Origin: Octopus sinensis
Lineage: Eukaryota
Direction of reading: 5' to 3'
Assembly: GCF_006345805.1 (NCBI RefSeq)
Contig: NC_043008.1
Coordinates: forward strand, 76,446,001-76,510,000
Length of the DNA: 64,000 nucleotides
Below are positions 11,796 to 25,454 of the stretch, in pieces. The notes under the pieces were generated by a model that saw only the letters and a list, made by a program, of their open reading frames with translations, was not told the DNA's origin and did not search any database. A program made the position numbers and the translations under genes. Positions within the stretch are counted from its first letter, which is position 1. Each line of letters starts with the position of its first letter.

Positions 11796-14596
11796 AGGAT
11801 CAAGATTGATACATTGATATATGTAGTTTACAAAATAATGTTCAGTATTCACTTATGTTCTGAGTTAAAAGCTGACTTTCCATTTTATCCGTTTGTGCTT
11901 GATGAAATATTACCAGTTAAAAAGAGATTTACCACACTCGCCACCGAAATTTGAGGTGTTGTGCCCATTTATGTATGTCACGTTCTCTTTTTACTGCCAG
12001 GTGTGAACTAGTAAAAAAACAGACATACACGCGCGCGCGTACATTTTTAAAAAGTCAGATTAAGTTAGAAATCAGAAAACTATTTCAAACGCTATGATGT
12101 GCCATAGAGAAAACCTATTTCTCTCAGCAATTTCCAGTAATTTTATTGCATTTCGAACCCTACCGTTATCGGTTCAATATGAAATAACAAATATTTAATA
12201 ATCCAGATTATGAACAGTGTAATAGCTTTGTAAAAGACAATAGGTTGTTATTCTGATGAATAAGAAAGGAAAATAATGGCTTATGTATAGGGATTGTGGC
12301 GGTTGCTACTACTACTGATGTTGACGATGAAGATGACTTTGAATAATGATGATGAATACAAGGAGTATGAGTGGAGGAGGATGAAGTGTTAGAACAAAAT
12401 ACTTTGTCCCAAATACACACACACACACACTAAAGCTCATATGCACACATGCACACACATAAGAGAAAGTCAATATTTAATGAAATGGAAATATCAGTTA
12501 TTATTGCATATATGTGTGTGCGAGCATATGTCTGTGTGTGTGAGCGTGATTGTGTGTGTGTGTGTAGTTCGGATATTAAATATTCAATCATTTTCTCTTC
12601 AGGTGATGATGGTTCGAATGTATTATTTAGCTTATTTCCTCCTCCTCCTCCTGTTTTACCAACAATATCATACTTCATTTATTTTGATGAATAGAATTCT
12701 TACTATCCAGTTGTTGTCAAAAACAAAAACATTGCATCATTTTATCAAATTCACTGCTTAAAAGATAATAAAATATTTCTTCCTCAACTGAATTAAAATA
12801 TCTGTGATAATATAATACCGAAAGGAATAGTTAATTATTACGAATAAAAAAGAATATAAAAACGCAAAAGAAGAAATATATGTCAACGTTTCCAGTCTTA
12901 TCTACCCACCGTTTGACAGATAACAAACCATCAAGCCCCATCCCACCTTCATGTCGGCTTCTTTTGCTTCAAGTCAGATTACGTCACGGCTTTGAATATG
13001 CATGAGTTAACAATAAAGAAAAGAAATGCTTATCAGTGCCGGAATGTGGCATATTCGATGAAAATATTGATGTTGCTCCGTTAATTTACTACCTAAAGAT
13101 ATCCAGTATTTAGTATACCACATTTAATTGTTTCTAGAGGAATAGACAAGACCTATTTGAGTGCATTAAGTATCAACTTCAATCTGTTAGGAATTCTGTA
13201 GAATGGTCGGACATTGATGGACGTTATCTCATTCAGTAATTTCTAATCATAGCTTTGTGTGGTCGTTGTTGTTGCTAATACTACTACAACTGTTGTTGTT
13301 GTTGTTGTTTGTTTGTTTGTTTGTTTCAGCTACCATTGTGGTAGAGAAACTTTATGAATTGATTAATTACGCATATGGAAAAGCAGAACGAAATAGCCAG
13401 TGTGCTTGAAACAATTTGATAGATACTTGAATATATATGAAAAAATATAGCCACTTTAGAGTACGATCTACCAGAGTATTCGTAGACCTGACATGTCAAC
13501 TGAGACCTCAGCTGATTTTGTGGACTTTTATCGTATGAACTTATTACTTGTGCTTACCTTTTTCTTTTTCACTCTTTTGACCTGATTGCTCCTGACTGGT
13601 CAATACAAAAGCGCAGTTAACTAGCACCCATATCAGTGTCTTCCAACTGAAGCCAATAACATTAGTGTAACACGTTATCCACTTCATATATTTCTATATA
13701 AGTGTCATTTTGACAGAGAAAACAACAGTTGCATTTTTACGAGAAAACAATCTTCTAGAGACACCACAAGAAGCAGACCCTTGTCATCGTTATATATGTA
13801 ACCAAAACACTCCATATGCAATCATTCCGACTGTTTCAGAATTTAGAATTACATTATTTGACATCAACCTTTTATAATAAGCTTTGGTTTGAACCAGACG
13901 TTGGCTCATATTCTGACAGTTATGTGTTGTTCTGTAATTTGTTTTAAAAGTATGCCGCTGTCATCTTCTTTTGTTGTCGATGATGATGAGAAGGAGGAGG
14001 AGGATGATGGTGATGCTGATGATGATGATGATGATGCTCTCCTCATCATCTACCATTCTTCTAAAGATGTTATTGTGGTCATTAGTGTTCTTACAGCTGC
14101 TGCTGGCGTATGCGATGAAGTTTTGCTTGATCCAGGCCGTCGTTATGGAGCAAACTTATAATCGAAGTCGTTCCAATTATGACCAAATAACCTTTTTATG
14201 CAGGCATAATATATTTATGACAACATTTCCCAATGGATCTTTCCTTTTCCTAGATGACGTTGTGTGGAGGAAGTTTGACAGCTATTTCAAACTATTTCTT
14301 TGACCATGTAGACGCTACTCTGTTGGTGTTCTTTGTTTCAGTTGTATTACATTTCAACTTATTTTCTCCCAGAGCTCTCTTATTTTCATGTGTTGACATA
14401 TTACAAAATATGTTCTGCTTCTTCAAACAGAAAACGATAAAACATATCCAGGAAGCGGTTCAACCCTACTATTGCTGCAAATTCCTCCCTTCCTTTTTTT
14501 TTTCACTCTAAACCAAAAGATATTTTCGTTCACAATCTTATAAAATATTGCTCAAACCCACAAGGCTCCAGATCATATATTTATAGTCACATATTA

Positions 14597-14762
14597 ACTA
14601 CTACTACCACTAGTAGTAGTAGTAGTAGTAGTAGTAGTAGCAGCAGCAGCAGCAGCAGCAGTAGTAGAAGAAGAAGAAGAAGAAGAAGAAGAAGAAGAAG
14701 AAGAAGAAGAAGAAGAAGAAGAAGAAGAAGAAGAAAAAAAAAGAAGAAGAAGAAGAAGAAGA
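14597..14762. repeat. (TAG)n(CAG)n(AAG)n compound microsatellite
   Basis: Direct observation. Confidence 0.95.
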
Positions 14763-15049
14763 GTGTGAGTGAATCTGCTTGTTCACATCTCGTGTTGGTT
14801 CGACGACACCGGTACATAAAAGAAGTCAACGAAAAATATCTTTAGTGTATCACTCAGAAATACAGGTGTGAAATTAGAAATTAGAAAATAAACTACTGAT
14901 AAATAAACTTAGTATTTCGCTTGTATTTGATGTACCTATTTCAGAATAAACTGCAAAAAGTTTACATATGACGTACATAAATGTTGCATTTAGTCTAGCG
15001 CTCTACTAAATGTCATCCACCACCTTCCTTTCTTATAACAACGATATTT

Positions 15050-15170
15050 TATTTAATTTAGCCAGAATCGATGAAGCCTAAAGTTGACCGTGGTAAGATT
15101 TGAATTAGGAACATAAAAGGTATGAATAAATGTTGCATTTCGCCTGACACTGTAATGATTCTGCCATTAA
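15050..15170 (-). mobile_element. SINE family A remnant
   Basis: GATGAAGCCTAAAGTTGACCGTGGTAAGATTTGAA is a diverged reverse complement of the family A body. Confidence 0.5.
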
Positions 15171-15229
15171 TAAATGTCCTAAGTTAAACGAAATAATGGC
15201 ATTAATGATAAAATTCATACGAAATTACT

Positions 15230-15900
15230 TTCATTAGAGAATCGATCCAGTGCAGCTCCTTATATGGCATTTTCTTTGATATGTTTTAGAACTATTGTAT
15301 ACTGTAAAGAAAGGTTTTATCTCTGTTTGTAGCTATATCCATTTTTAGGCTATTCATATTCTTGAATATACTGCAACGTATTTTCCTTTCACATCCCAAC
15401 TACATTAACTAATAAGAAGTGCAATAGTCCAATAAAACATATTTTCAGTTTTTTATGATTCTATGTTCTTCACTTGTGAGATGTGTTGACAAAGTTCAAA
15501 AATTTACTGCTGGATTACATCATATTAATCCTGAAAATGCAAGAACCTAATTTTGAAAGTGACTTCTTTCTATTCACTGATGTTTATTGTCCTGTAATAT
15601 TTCTTTTATATCTATCGCTTGTATTTAATTAGCCAATAACTCGTAGAAGATATTCTAGTTGAACACATTTAGCACAGGGGCTACGTGTGTTTTTTATTTT
15701 ATTATCCACCAACTGTAACCTTATAGCTACACTAGATAGTGTACACTGATTGTTTTGGAGTGGTTTTTTAATCTTAAATGTGAATCTGAAAACCTTAAAT
15801 AAGTCTCTATTTGTTGATGACAAATATACACAAGTAGAATTAGATGGCTTTACTATATCATTTTTATTTACACGATAAATCATATTCGACCTTTTTGTTA
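15230..15900 (-). pseudogene. Decayed Gypsy pol: RT core to RNase H N-half
   Basis: YLSSTNRDLFKVFRFTFKI..SVAIRLQLVDN..VQLEYLLRVIG ~ YLTINTHRGLFxYxRLPFGI..APAIFQRxMD..YLDDILVxG; then FYWT and NAI*GAAL ~ DASxYGxGAVL. Confidence 0.5.
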
Positions 15901-16249
15901 TATATGTTCACACTGCAGTTAGTATTTGATAACACAGTAAGTATATGCATTTTAAAGTCCATTTAAAAGATATATACATACATACATACATACATATATA
16001 CATACAATCATACATACATACATATAGATTTACTTATTTATTTATTTATTTATTTATAAAACTCTTTCGCATATATTCGTGCATAATACCTAAATATATA
16101 GACAGACACATATAAATACGCACATACATACTACGCAAACAAAACAGATTTCCTTTCTGCAATAAATCAATCTTCAACCGATCCCAAAAACATTTGTCCT
16201 TTTCCACAACAAAGGAACATTTTCTCTATTTTTGTATTTCTCTTAACTT

Positions 16250-16530
16250 CGTTCTTCATTTCTCTCTCTCTCTTTGACTCTATCTATCTATCTATCTTCC
16301 TTTCTCATTTCCCCTCCCTCTATTTTTGTTTTTCTGTACATGTATGTGCATTTGCGAATGTGTGTTTTCTCTTTTCGTCTCTTCCTATATTTCTCACTTC
16401 TCCACCCCTCTCTCACTCTCTCTCTCACTCTCTCTCTTTCTCTCTCCCTCTCTCTTTCTGCTCTCTCTCTCTCTCTCTCTCCCTCTTTCAACCCCGCGCG
16501 CACGCTTATCTCTTTTTTCTCTCTTTCACT
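16250..16530. repeat. (CT)n-rich polypyrimidine tract
   Basis: Direct observation. Confidence 0.85.
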
Positions 16531-17487
16531 CATTAGAAACACGTCTGAACGCAGATAAAAGCACCTCATGTTCGTTTTTACATTCTTCTTTTCAACAATA
16601 CTTTACGAGTTCACTTCTAAACATTACATTATTATCTACAATGCGTCACTTATACTATTTGATGTTTGTGTAAAACTCCGGTGTAGATAGAGAAAAAGTT
16701 AAACAGAATGAAAAATGAACAAAGGATCGGACAACAAAACGATTGAATTACTGAGTCTTGCATTTAATAATAATGATGATGATGATGATGAGGATGATGA
16801 TGATGATGACAATATCTCAACATAATGGTGTCTTAAAATGGTTTTATACTAAACATAACTTCGGACAATACTTTCTTTTAGACGCCATCATTCATTGAAT
16901 TTGACAATCCCAGCCTTAAAATTCATGGTGAAAACTCACAAATTATTTTTCCTGTTAGCTATTCTTAACCCTAAAACAACTGTTCCTAAAGAGGAAATGT
17001 TTCATAAGAACTGTAGAAACCATACATAAAAATTTAACTATCGAGGAAACAGCTGCAGTAGAAAAGAGCATCGCATGAAAATTTCTTGCACAATAGCATC
17101 GAATTAATCAGAACTTTTGCCATAGAACCAGTTGCGCTATCAAAACATGAACTGCAAATAACACTGGTACTTCAGTAGAAACTGCTATAGAACTTAACAT
17201 GAAGTGTATTCACTGAAACATAATATAATATGCATGTGCATTATGCAGCATGTTTTATGAGAATGTTTTATTATCACAGTTTTTTATATGGACAGGCGTA
17301 TGTATGTGTTTATGTACGTATGTATGTGTACGTACGTATGTCTCTGTGGATGTGCACATGTAGGCATAGATATTTCTCACTGTTCAGCATCTTAGTTTAC
17401 CGAACGAGTGCTCTTTCACTTTATGGATTGTGGAATAAACTTATCTCCCTTCTATCACTACACCACTCTCTCCTTCTCTGTTTCTCA

Positions 17488-17543
<56 letters not shown>

Positions 17544-17624
17544 GGTTGTCCTCTAATACATGACAATACTTCCATGAATAAATTTTAAACATAGACATGG
17601 GACTCACTTTTGGGACATAGGTTA

Positions 17625-17760
17625 TGAGATCACATTTACTCGAGTAAAAGACACGTACTTTCTTTTTATCGAACCAGGAAGGATGAATGGCAACGTCGAT
17701 CTTGTCTGAATTTGCAATCAGAACGTAAAGGACTGTAACTAAATACTGCACGGCATTTTA
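17625..17760 (-). mobile_element. SINE family A remnant
   Basis: GAAGGATGAATGGCAACGTCGATCTTGTCTGAATTTG. Confidence 0.6.
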
Positions 17761-17830
17761 ACAGTTCATCACCTTACCACTGTATTATATTGATAATATT
17801 GATTTCGGGATAATATTGTCTCGGTATAAA

Positions 17831-18310
17831 GCAGCGAGTTGGCAAAACCGTTAGCACACCGGGCGAAATGCTTAGCGGTATTTCGTCCGCAGTTACGTTC
17901 TGAGTTCAAATTCTGCTGAGGTCGACTTTGCCTTTCATCCTTTCGGGGTCAATAAATTAAGTACCAGTTACGCACTGGGGTCGATGTAATCGACTTAATC
18001 CGTTTGTCTGTCCTTGTTTGTCCCCTTTGTGTTTAGCCTCTTGTGGGTACTAAAGAAATAAGTATTTCGTCTGCCGCTACGTTTTGAGATCAAATTCAGC
18101 CGAGGTCGACTTTGCCTTTCATCCTTTCGGGATCGATTAAATAAGTACCAGTTACGCACTGGAGTCGATGCAATCAACTTAATCTCTTTGTTTATCCTTC
18201 ATTGTCCCCTCTTTGTTTGGCCCCTCGTGGGCAATAAAGACTGGGGTCGATCTAATTGACTGGCCCCCTTTCCAAAATTTTCGGGCCTTGTGCCTACAGA
18301 AGGAAAGAAT
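17831..18310 (+). mobile_element. Head-to-tail array of three family A SINE units
   Basis: Full unit 17831-18060, 5'-truncated unit 18061-18240, tail-only unit with the alternative tail 18241-18310. Confidence 0.88.
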
Positions 18311-19954
18311 ATTGTCTGGGTATAAATTCCACGCTTTAACCGTTGTTTTGCAATATTTTCCTCATAAAAGCTGAAGCATTTGCATATAATTTTTCTTATT
18401 GGTTTCCGTTTATGATAACAGCTATGCTGGAGCATCGATTCTAGAAATTATTTCATTTTTTTACATGTTTTGTCGACTTTCTAGTTATCAAATCCCTATG
18501 CTACACTTAAACATGATAGGTCTACAAGTTTATCGGTTTAACCCGGTAAACATAGATACAGTCACATACACATTAAGACGTATAAGTATAGAGATTGATT
18601 GACAGAAATGTAACGGATATCTACAGTTTCTGTCTACCAGATTCCATTAACAAATCCCAACGTACATTACAGTGAGGTCCTAAAGTAGGCAGTTACACTT
18701 ACTTCTACAGTAGGGAAAGTGTTTTCAATAATAATTCTAACTAAGGAATAAATGACCTAAGACGACAATGAGATTTATTAGAAATATGATGTGATAGAGG
18801 AACACTGAGAAAGACAAAGGGGTAAAGAGAGGGGGAGAAAAATGGAGAAAGGAAAAGACGGAGCTATGTACATTCTAGAAACCTGAAACTGCATTTTAAC
18901 TTCATTCCTTACCAGTATTTATGTTGTCTCTTTTAGATAGGGACACCAAGCCAACGGTTACAAGAAGCATATTGACATAACTAAAGTCGAATATACAAAT
19001 GACCAGATGTAAATGACCACGACACAATAGCCAGTTGTAAATAGCCACGACAATAGATTGTAATAAACAGAGAAAATAATTGGAAATAATACAAATAAAT
19101 TTCACATAATTTGATGTCAATTATTCAATTGCATATACATATATATATACATTATGCACACACACACACACACATTTATATATATATATACATACACATA
19201 CATACAAACATGCATGCATGCATACATAAATGCATACATACATACATACATAATGCATACATACATAATGCATACATACATACATATGTAGGCGTGTAAT
19301 GTCTGTAAACATTGGGCGGGGTGTAATATATGAAATATTCAAACGTAGGAACAGAAAAGGGTACTTATAAATAGATATGGATACCATATCTATTTATAAG
19401 ATACCATAAATGCAAAGAGAGAGAGAGAGGTCTGTTCTTTGGAATGCAGATTGCATGTTTATATTTAAGAACTATGTCTATTCATCGCTTCCTCTATTTA
19501 AATAACTCCCAATCTACTTCCCAGTCAATCTCTGTCTTTCAATACTTCTCTTCAATTCTATAGAATGAATCTAAGTGACGAAATTAAACGTCACCTTTCT
19601 AAGTTAAACATTCTATTACACGGTCACTTGGTGTTATATCGTCATTCACATAGACACTTAATAACAACACGGACGTAGATGTATTTGTATGTATGAGTAT
19701 ATATAGGATATATTTATACTAATAATATACATGTGTATTTTCCATGTGTATGAATGCTATGTAACTAGTAGAGTCAAAAGCTGCAGTGTCTAAAACCTAA
19801 AACATTTTTCTTTTTAAAATAATACCTGAAGAATATACATATCTGTATTAAATGGAGCTACAAGTACATAAATATGAATATAATATACAGTTCCCCATTT
19901 AATAATTGAAACCGCATCTCTATGTCCCAGTTCTAATATGTAAAACGTTATCGT

Positions 19955-20150
19955 ATTGGTTTCACATTTTGACACAAGGCCAAGAAATTCGGCGAAGGGG
20001 TATGCCGATTACATCGAATCCAGTGCTCTTATTTCATCGATGCAGAAAGGATGAAAGGCGAAGTCGATCTCTGTGGAATTTGAAATCACAACATAAAGAC
20101 AGAAAAATGCTTAGCGGCATTTTCTAATGGTTGTTTCAGCTCGCCGCCTT
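19955..20150 (-). mobile_element. SINE family A, degenerate
   Basis: AAAGGATGAAAGGCGAAGTCGATCTCTGTGGAATTTGAA...CAGCTCGCCGCC. Confidence 0.75.
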
Positions 20151-20589
20151 TAAAACTTTATCAATTAATACAGATTAAGTACCACCTATGATGATTTTAA
20201 TCAGTCGACAAGGTTGATAAATGTATAAATATGTTATCCAGTTCTATTAAGTTTTTCAAGTGTATTTGTTATCATTCAGAATTCATTAATTGCATTGAAA
20301 GTTTGTGTTGCTATCGATATGCTGCCACATTCTTTCTGTATCTCAGTTCGTACGCATGCTTTCAGTCAAATTTATGCATAATTTCCTATCGCAAAATAGA
20401 AGTGTATCAAATACATATACGCATATGGCTTCATAATTTTGACAATAACTTTGAAGTTTCGACAGCTTTTTCAAAACAATAAATATATACGGAGACTGTT
20501 GCATTGGAAAGTAAGTATGTATGTATGTATGTATAAATGTGCGTACGTACGTATATATGTATGTAAGTATGTATATAGGTAGGTAGGAA

Positions 20590-20820
20590 GGCGGCGAGCT
20601 GGCAGAAACGTTAGAACGCCGGACGAAATGCGTAGCCGTATTTCGTCTGCTGTTACGTTCTGAGTTCAAATTCCGCCGAGGTTGACTTTGCCTTTCATCC
20701 TTTCGGGGTCGATAAATTAAGTACCAGTTACGCACTGGAGTCGATGTGATCGGCTTAATCCCTTTGTCTGTCCTTGTTTGTCCCCTCTGTGTTTAGCCCC
20801 TTGCGGGTAGTAAAGAAATA
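20590..20820 (+). mobile_element. SINE family A (full length)
   Basis: Close copy of 103-332, inserted in a (TAGG)n tract. Confidence 0.92.
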
Positions 20821-21074
20821 TATATATAGGTAGGTAGTTAGGTAGGTAGGTAGGTAGGTAGGTATGTAGGTATGTAGGTAGGTAAGTAGATATGTAGGTA
20901 GGAAGGCAGGCAAAGATGTGGGCTCGTAGGTAAATAGGCTGTGCTAGGGTCTGTACATTGAGCAATTAACATGAAGAACCAATGTAAGAATGGTTATTCT
21001 ACTTTCCTAAGTGTTCCATCTTAGAATGTTTCTCCTCTCATGTTAATTATCATTTGAATATCAGTATCAATCAC

Positions 21075-21970
21075 GCACAGAGGCCCGCCCATAGGTACCA
21101 GACAGAGGAAAACTGCCAGCCCTTCAAGGCCAAAGGATGGTGGCAGAGCGATATTCTGGGTGAAGTCAGACGATGGCCAGATCTACTGTACACGTGACAG
21201 TAGCTGTTCAGCATAAATCAATAATTCAGCAAAGCTTGAGCATGCAAGACGGTTTCCTCGATCCGCGCACTTTCGGGCAGGCGCAGGTAACTGTACTCCC
21301 ATGCCTGTAGAGTCAACCACGACATGAGCAGTCCTTCATACAGTGGATGGTGACTGCAAATGGGCCATCTGAATAGCGGAACATTTCCACTCCTCAGATA
21401 GTGAGGTGGTAGCAGATGACGGATGTGTTGTAGGCATCGCCACTCACCGCAGGTCCTTTATCCACGCTTTCTATGGAGTATCACGTGAGCTGCTGTTTGT
21501 GGATAGATGTTTCCTACGGTACGTGTCTGGGTCTCACTAATCAGATTGTCGACGACAAACGCTAACTTCTTACCCAAAAACTTGGTCAAAATGTTCACTT
21601 CTGCATTTACCTGAGTTACAGGCCTGATGTTACTAACATAATTTCCTACATATTCGGGTGCTAAGAAAACGAGGTAAACGGAAAAATCCATTCAAGTATC
21701 CGGTCCGTCACAAGAAGTTCAGCGAAGTGCCACTGAAAAGCTGCGTATATCAGCTTGAAACCGTATATCAAGTACTCCTTCCGATCCGTCAAAAACCAAA
21801 TTGCGTCTTTGTTGCCGTGTGCAACTCTGCCATTAAACGACTTTCATTCCTTCATGCTTTAGATAACGTTCGCTAGCTCTGTCAACGCAAGATTCGTATT
21901 GAAAAATCGGCGAAGGGCAAATCTCGCCACCAGCACATCAGTTGCAATGCCTTTTCTAAGGATCATGGCA
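21075..21970 (-). mobile_element. Degenerate, internally deleted Tx1 LINE
   Basis: LRKGIATDVLVARFAL matches ORF 29226; NIRPVTQVNAEVNILTKFL matches ORF 29693; SLCHHPL matches SICCQHP of ORF 30525. Confidence 0.75.
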
Positions 21971-22059
21971 TTGTATTTAGAGTTTCCCTGTAAATATGTA
22001 TTCATTGCCTGTTTATTGTTGCCCGGGACTGTGTTTTTGAAAGCTTCTCTTTCTTTCTC

Positions 22060-22612
22060 TACGAGGGCGTGTTGAAAAGTTCATAATCTAGCTATGAAGG
22101 AGTGAGACTAGAACTGTGAGATCTTGCATGCATTAATTTCAACTCTTTGTATTAATAATTGTTTTGTTTTTCCAGGTAAACTGACATATGACTGTTGAAA
22201 GAAGACTTCAGAATTAACAAGTACCGATTTTCCTTGAAAACGGACAAAATTTGGCATCGTGGTATTAACAAGTACCAATAGAAATGCCTCAAGGACATTC
22301 GTGCTGACATGGGTACTACACCAGCGTGCTCCAGCTGTATCAACAGTGCAAAAAGAGTAGCTGAATTTAGGAGAGGAAGGGAGTTTGTTGAAGATGGCTC
22401 AAGAGCTGGTCGTCCTGATACTGTCCTCACTAAGGAAAACCTTGATTGTATTCACCACAAGGTACTGGATGGCAAACGATTGACTATAAATCAAACAGCC
22501 AATGCTATTAGTTGTTTATCTCATGTGAGAGTTGAGAATATTCTGCTCAATAAACATAGCATGACGAAGGTTTCGGCTCGGTGGGTACCACATCTTCTGA
22601 AACCTGATCAGA
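22060..22612 (+). mobile_element. Mariner, left TIR and N-terminal transposase half
   Basis: TA-CGAGGGCGTGTTGAAAAGT TIR; EDGSRAGRP and SARWVPHLLKPDQ motifs. Confidence 0.85.
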
Positions 22613-22719
22613 ATAAACAATCCTATTAGCATATAAGATTAGAGAATATTTTGCATTAAATAAACTTGGCAGGATGAAGGTTCCTGATAGGATACTCAAA
22701 TGGAAAGGGCTTTTCTCGA

Positions 22720-23387
22720 TATATGAAAAAACATTGGCCTCATATATAGGCCATGGTTCATTTTTAAACATAATTGCCCTTGCGGTCGACACACTTCTTC
22801 CATCAATGTTACTGTACTTGCATTCCATTAGTGAAGAAGCTTTCATCTTGTTGGTCAATAAAGTCATCAGCAGTAGATGTGACAGAATCATCCCAGCCAT
22901 GAGTTTTTTTTAATGTTGAGGAACATGTGATAGTCAAACGGGGCCAAATCAAGAGAATAGGGACTGTGATCAACCAGTTCAAGTCACGGTCACATACAGC
23001 AGCCATTGAAAGCAAGGACTAATGGGCTAGAGCATAGTCCAGACGAAACAAGACCCCTTTCATCAGTTTTTCTTGGTATTTGGTCGTCATACCCTTTCAT
23101 GACTTCCTCTGCAGGTTGGCATAATATTCTCTACGTACGGTATACCCCTTTTAATAAAGTCAATAAACAGAATATTTTTTACATCTCGAAGAACTGATGC
23201 CATCACCTTCTCTGAAAACGAAACCACCTTGGCCTTCTTTAGAGCAGGTAAGGTGGAGTGTCTCATTGTCTCTGGCTCAATGTCATGCACCCAACACATA
23301 ACCTAGTTGAGGAAACGTTCAAGGAAACCAGCTAGATTTCTCTCAAACAATGTCAGTGATGTTATCAGCCTGGTGCACTTTTGGTCG
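22720..23387 (-). mobile_element. Mariner C-terminal transposase half (inverted)
   Basis: DQKCTRL...WVHDIEPET...KVMASV...DDFIDQQDESFFTNG...WKKCVDRKGNYV. Confidence 0.82.
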
Positions 23388-24217
23388 TCTCTCCTAAATG
23401 AGGTTTTTCGTTAATGGGTCAATATATATCAGTTTTTCCAGCAGTTACAGCTAGATCTTTAGGAATTGGGGTCAAGCTCTGACCTTCTCTTAACTTTTCG
23501 ATATCTTACGGAGTGTTCCAGTTTCGACTGTTTACCTCTTAGGTAGAGAGTATAAAGTTCTTTTGTGGTGACCACTCAAGTGAAAGAAGCTTTACTTTTG
23601 TTGTTGTTGTTGATATTGGTAGTTTCGTTACTGCTCGTGCTGTTGCTCCTACCGTTGCAACAATCACTGTAACTGCTGTCTCCACTGCTTTTCATACGTT
23701 GTTGATGTTGCTCCTTCTACTGCCACTGTTGTTCCTGCCGCAGCTGTACTTGCCTCTGCCACCGCTATTGTTGCTGTGTTGCTGCTATTGTCGCTACTGT
23801 TGCTGCTGCTGTTATCGCCGCTGTTACTGCTACAGCTTTTCTTTTGTTACTTTTGTTAGTGTTGTTGCAGATACTGTTGTTGTTTATGTAACTGAAACTG
23901 TCGTTGCCGTAATAGCAATTTTCCGGATTTGGAAACTTGAGAATATACTTTTCTTCCCTTCCAAGCGCAGCGTGAAAGGAAAAGCCCTTGAAGTGTGCTT
24001 CGACTGTATCTTAGCGTTATCTCTCCCTTCACTCTCCATTTTACTGGCTGTGGAAGTCAACTTCATTTTTTCATTTAAATTATTTTCACAGAACAAAAAT
24101 TTCTTTTCAGCAAAATTTTATTTTCAACCTTACACCCCAAAAAGGCAAAAAGAAAACTAACAAACACCCAGCCGTATTATTTTGGTGGTCTTTATCATAT
24201 ATAATAAATGTACAATA

Positions 24218-24359
24218 ATCGTTTCTTAAGTTTGTTAGTCTCTTTAAATATTTAAGAGTTGTTAATTGTTCTTTTTTTCTTTTGGAAAGGAAAACAAGAA
24301 AAAAAGAACAATTAACAACTCATAAATATTTAAAGAGACTTAGAAATTTACGAACGATG
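24218..24359. repeat. Fold-back palindrome
   Basis: AGTCTCTTTAAATATTTAAGAGTTGTTAATTGTTCTTTTTTTCTT / AAGAAAAAAAGAACAATTAACAACTCATAAATATTTAAAGAGACT (1 mismatch). Confidence 0.85.
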
Positions 24360-24464
24360 TGACCTACGTCTTTCTGGTAATACTAACAACAACAACCACA
24401 ACAATAACAAAAAAAAATTTTAAACAACAACAACGACGACAATGAAAATAATTTTAATAACTCT

Positions 24465-24608
24465 TTCAACAGAGGCACAAGGCCTGAAATTTGTGGGGAG
24501 GGGTTAATTCGATTACATCGAGCCAAGTGCGTAATTGGTACTTGTTCCATCGACCCCGAAAGGATGAAAGGCATAGTCGACCTCGACGGAATTAAAAACT
24601 CAGAACGT
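24465..24608 (-). mobile_element. SINE family A, 5'-truncated, alternative tail
   Basis: AGGCACAAGGCCTGAAATT...CGACCCCGAAAGGATGAAAGGC. Confidence 0.8.
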
Positions 24609-24611
24609 GAT

Positions 24612-24672
<61 letters not shown>

Positions 24673-24900
24673 GGAAAATATATACGTTCCTTGCGGAAAA
24701 CAGTCAACTTCCACTACAGCAAAGGGGATTCCGAAAATGATTTAAGGGCGCCAAGGATCACCTTGTAACAGAGAAGGTTGTAATGAAAAACTGCAAATGA
24801 TACCATAAAAACATGTGCATGGCCTGGATAGACATTAAAAAAGCTTTCAGCATGTTACCGTATTCATGGATTCTGGAAACACTCGAAATATGTAGAATAC
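24673..24900 (+). mobile_element. R4/Dong RT fragment following (AAT)n
   Basis: QRGFRK*FKGAKDHL...CMAWIDIKKAFSMLPYSWILETL. Confidence 0.8.
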
Positions 24901-25015
24901 AAGGACCCTACCAATATTTAGATACTCTGCTACCTTTCTAAAATAGAGAGGACAAAGCTGTAGGATCTAGAAGAATTAGAAACAGTATATGTAGTGTCAG
25001 GAGTTATATTAAAGA

Positions 25016-25092
25016 AAGTCGTATTGACAGAAGTTGTATTGAAGGAAGATATATGAAAGAAAGTTGCATTGACAGAAGTGGTACTGACGGAA
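25016..25092 (+). repeat. 15-bp minisatellite (~5 units, AAGTTGTATTGACAG-like)
   Basis: Direct observation. Confidence 0.6.
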
Positions 25093-25454
25093 TCTTATGT
25101 AGACTTCATAGAAAACCCTCACTAAAATGGCGGGACAGTATTTACTGTGAAATTGTAAGAGTTTCATATTGAAGGGGGGATACACTTGCCCATAACAAGT
25201 GAACTTGAAAACCCATGCAATCATACAAAAAAGAATCATACAATCGATTATATGCACACACATACACAGGCGTACATAGCAAAAAGAAAGCTATATACAC
25301 ATCACCCCCCCCCCCCCCATGCAAAACATACATTTTTAAATATTTTATCGAAAATAATATTTCATTTGGTAGAAAAATAATAATATACATCTATACGTGT
25401 CACAGTATTGGTATATGTGTGTGCATATGTGTATGTAGCCCGTCCATACATTTG

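Noticed and set aside
25016-25092. Regular short repeats considered as CRISPR-like
   Set aside because: Contiguous minisatellite with no spacers, in a eukaryotic context.
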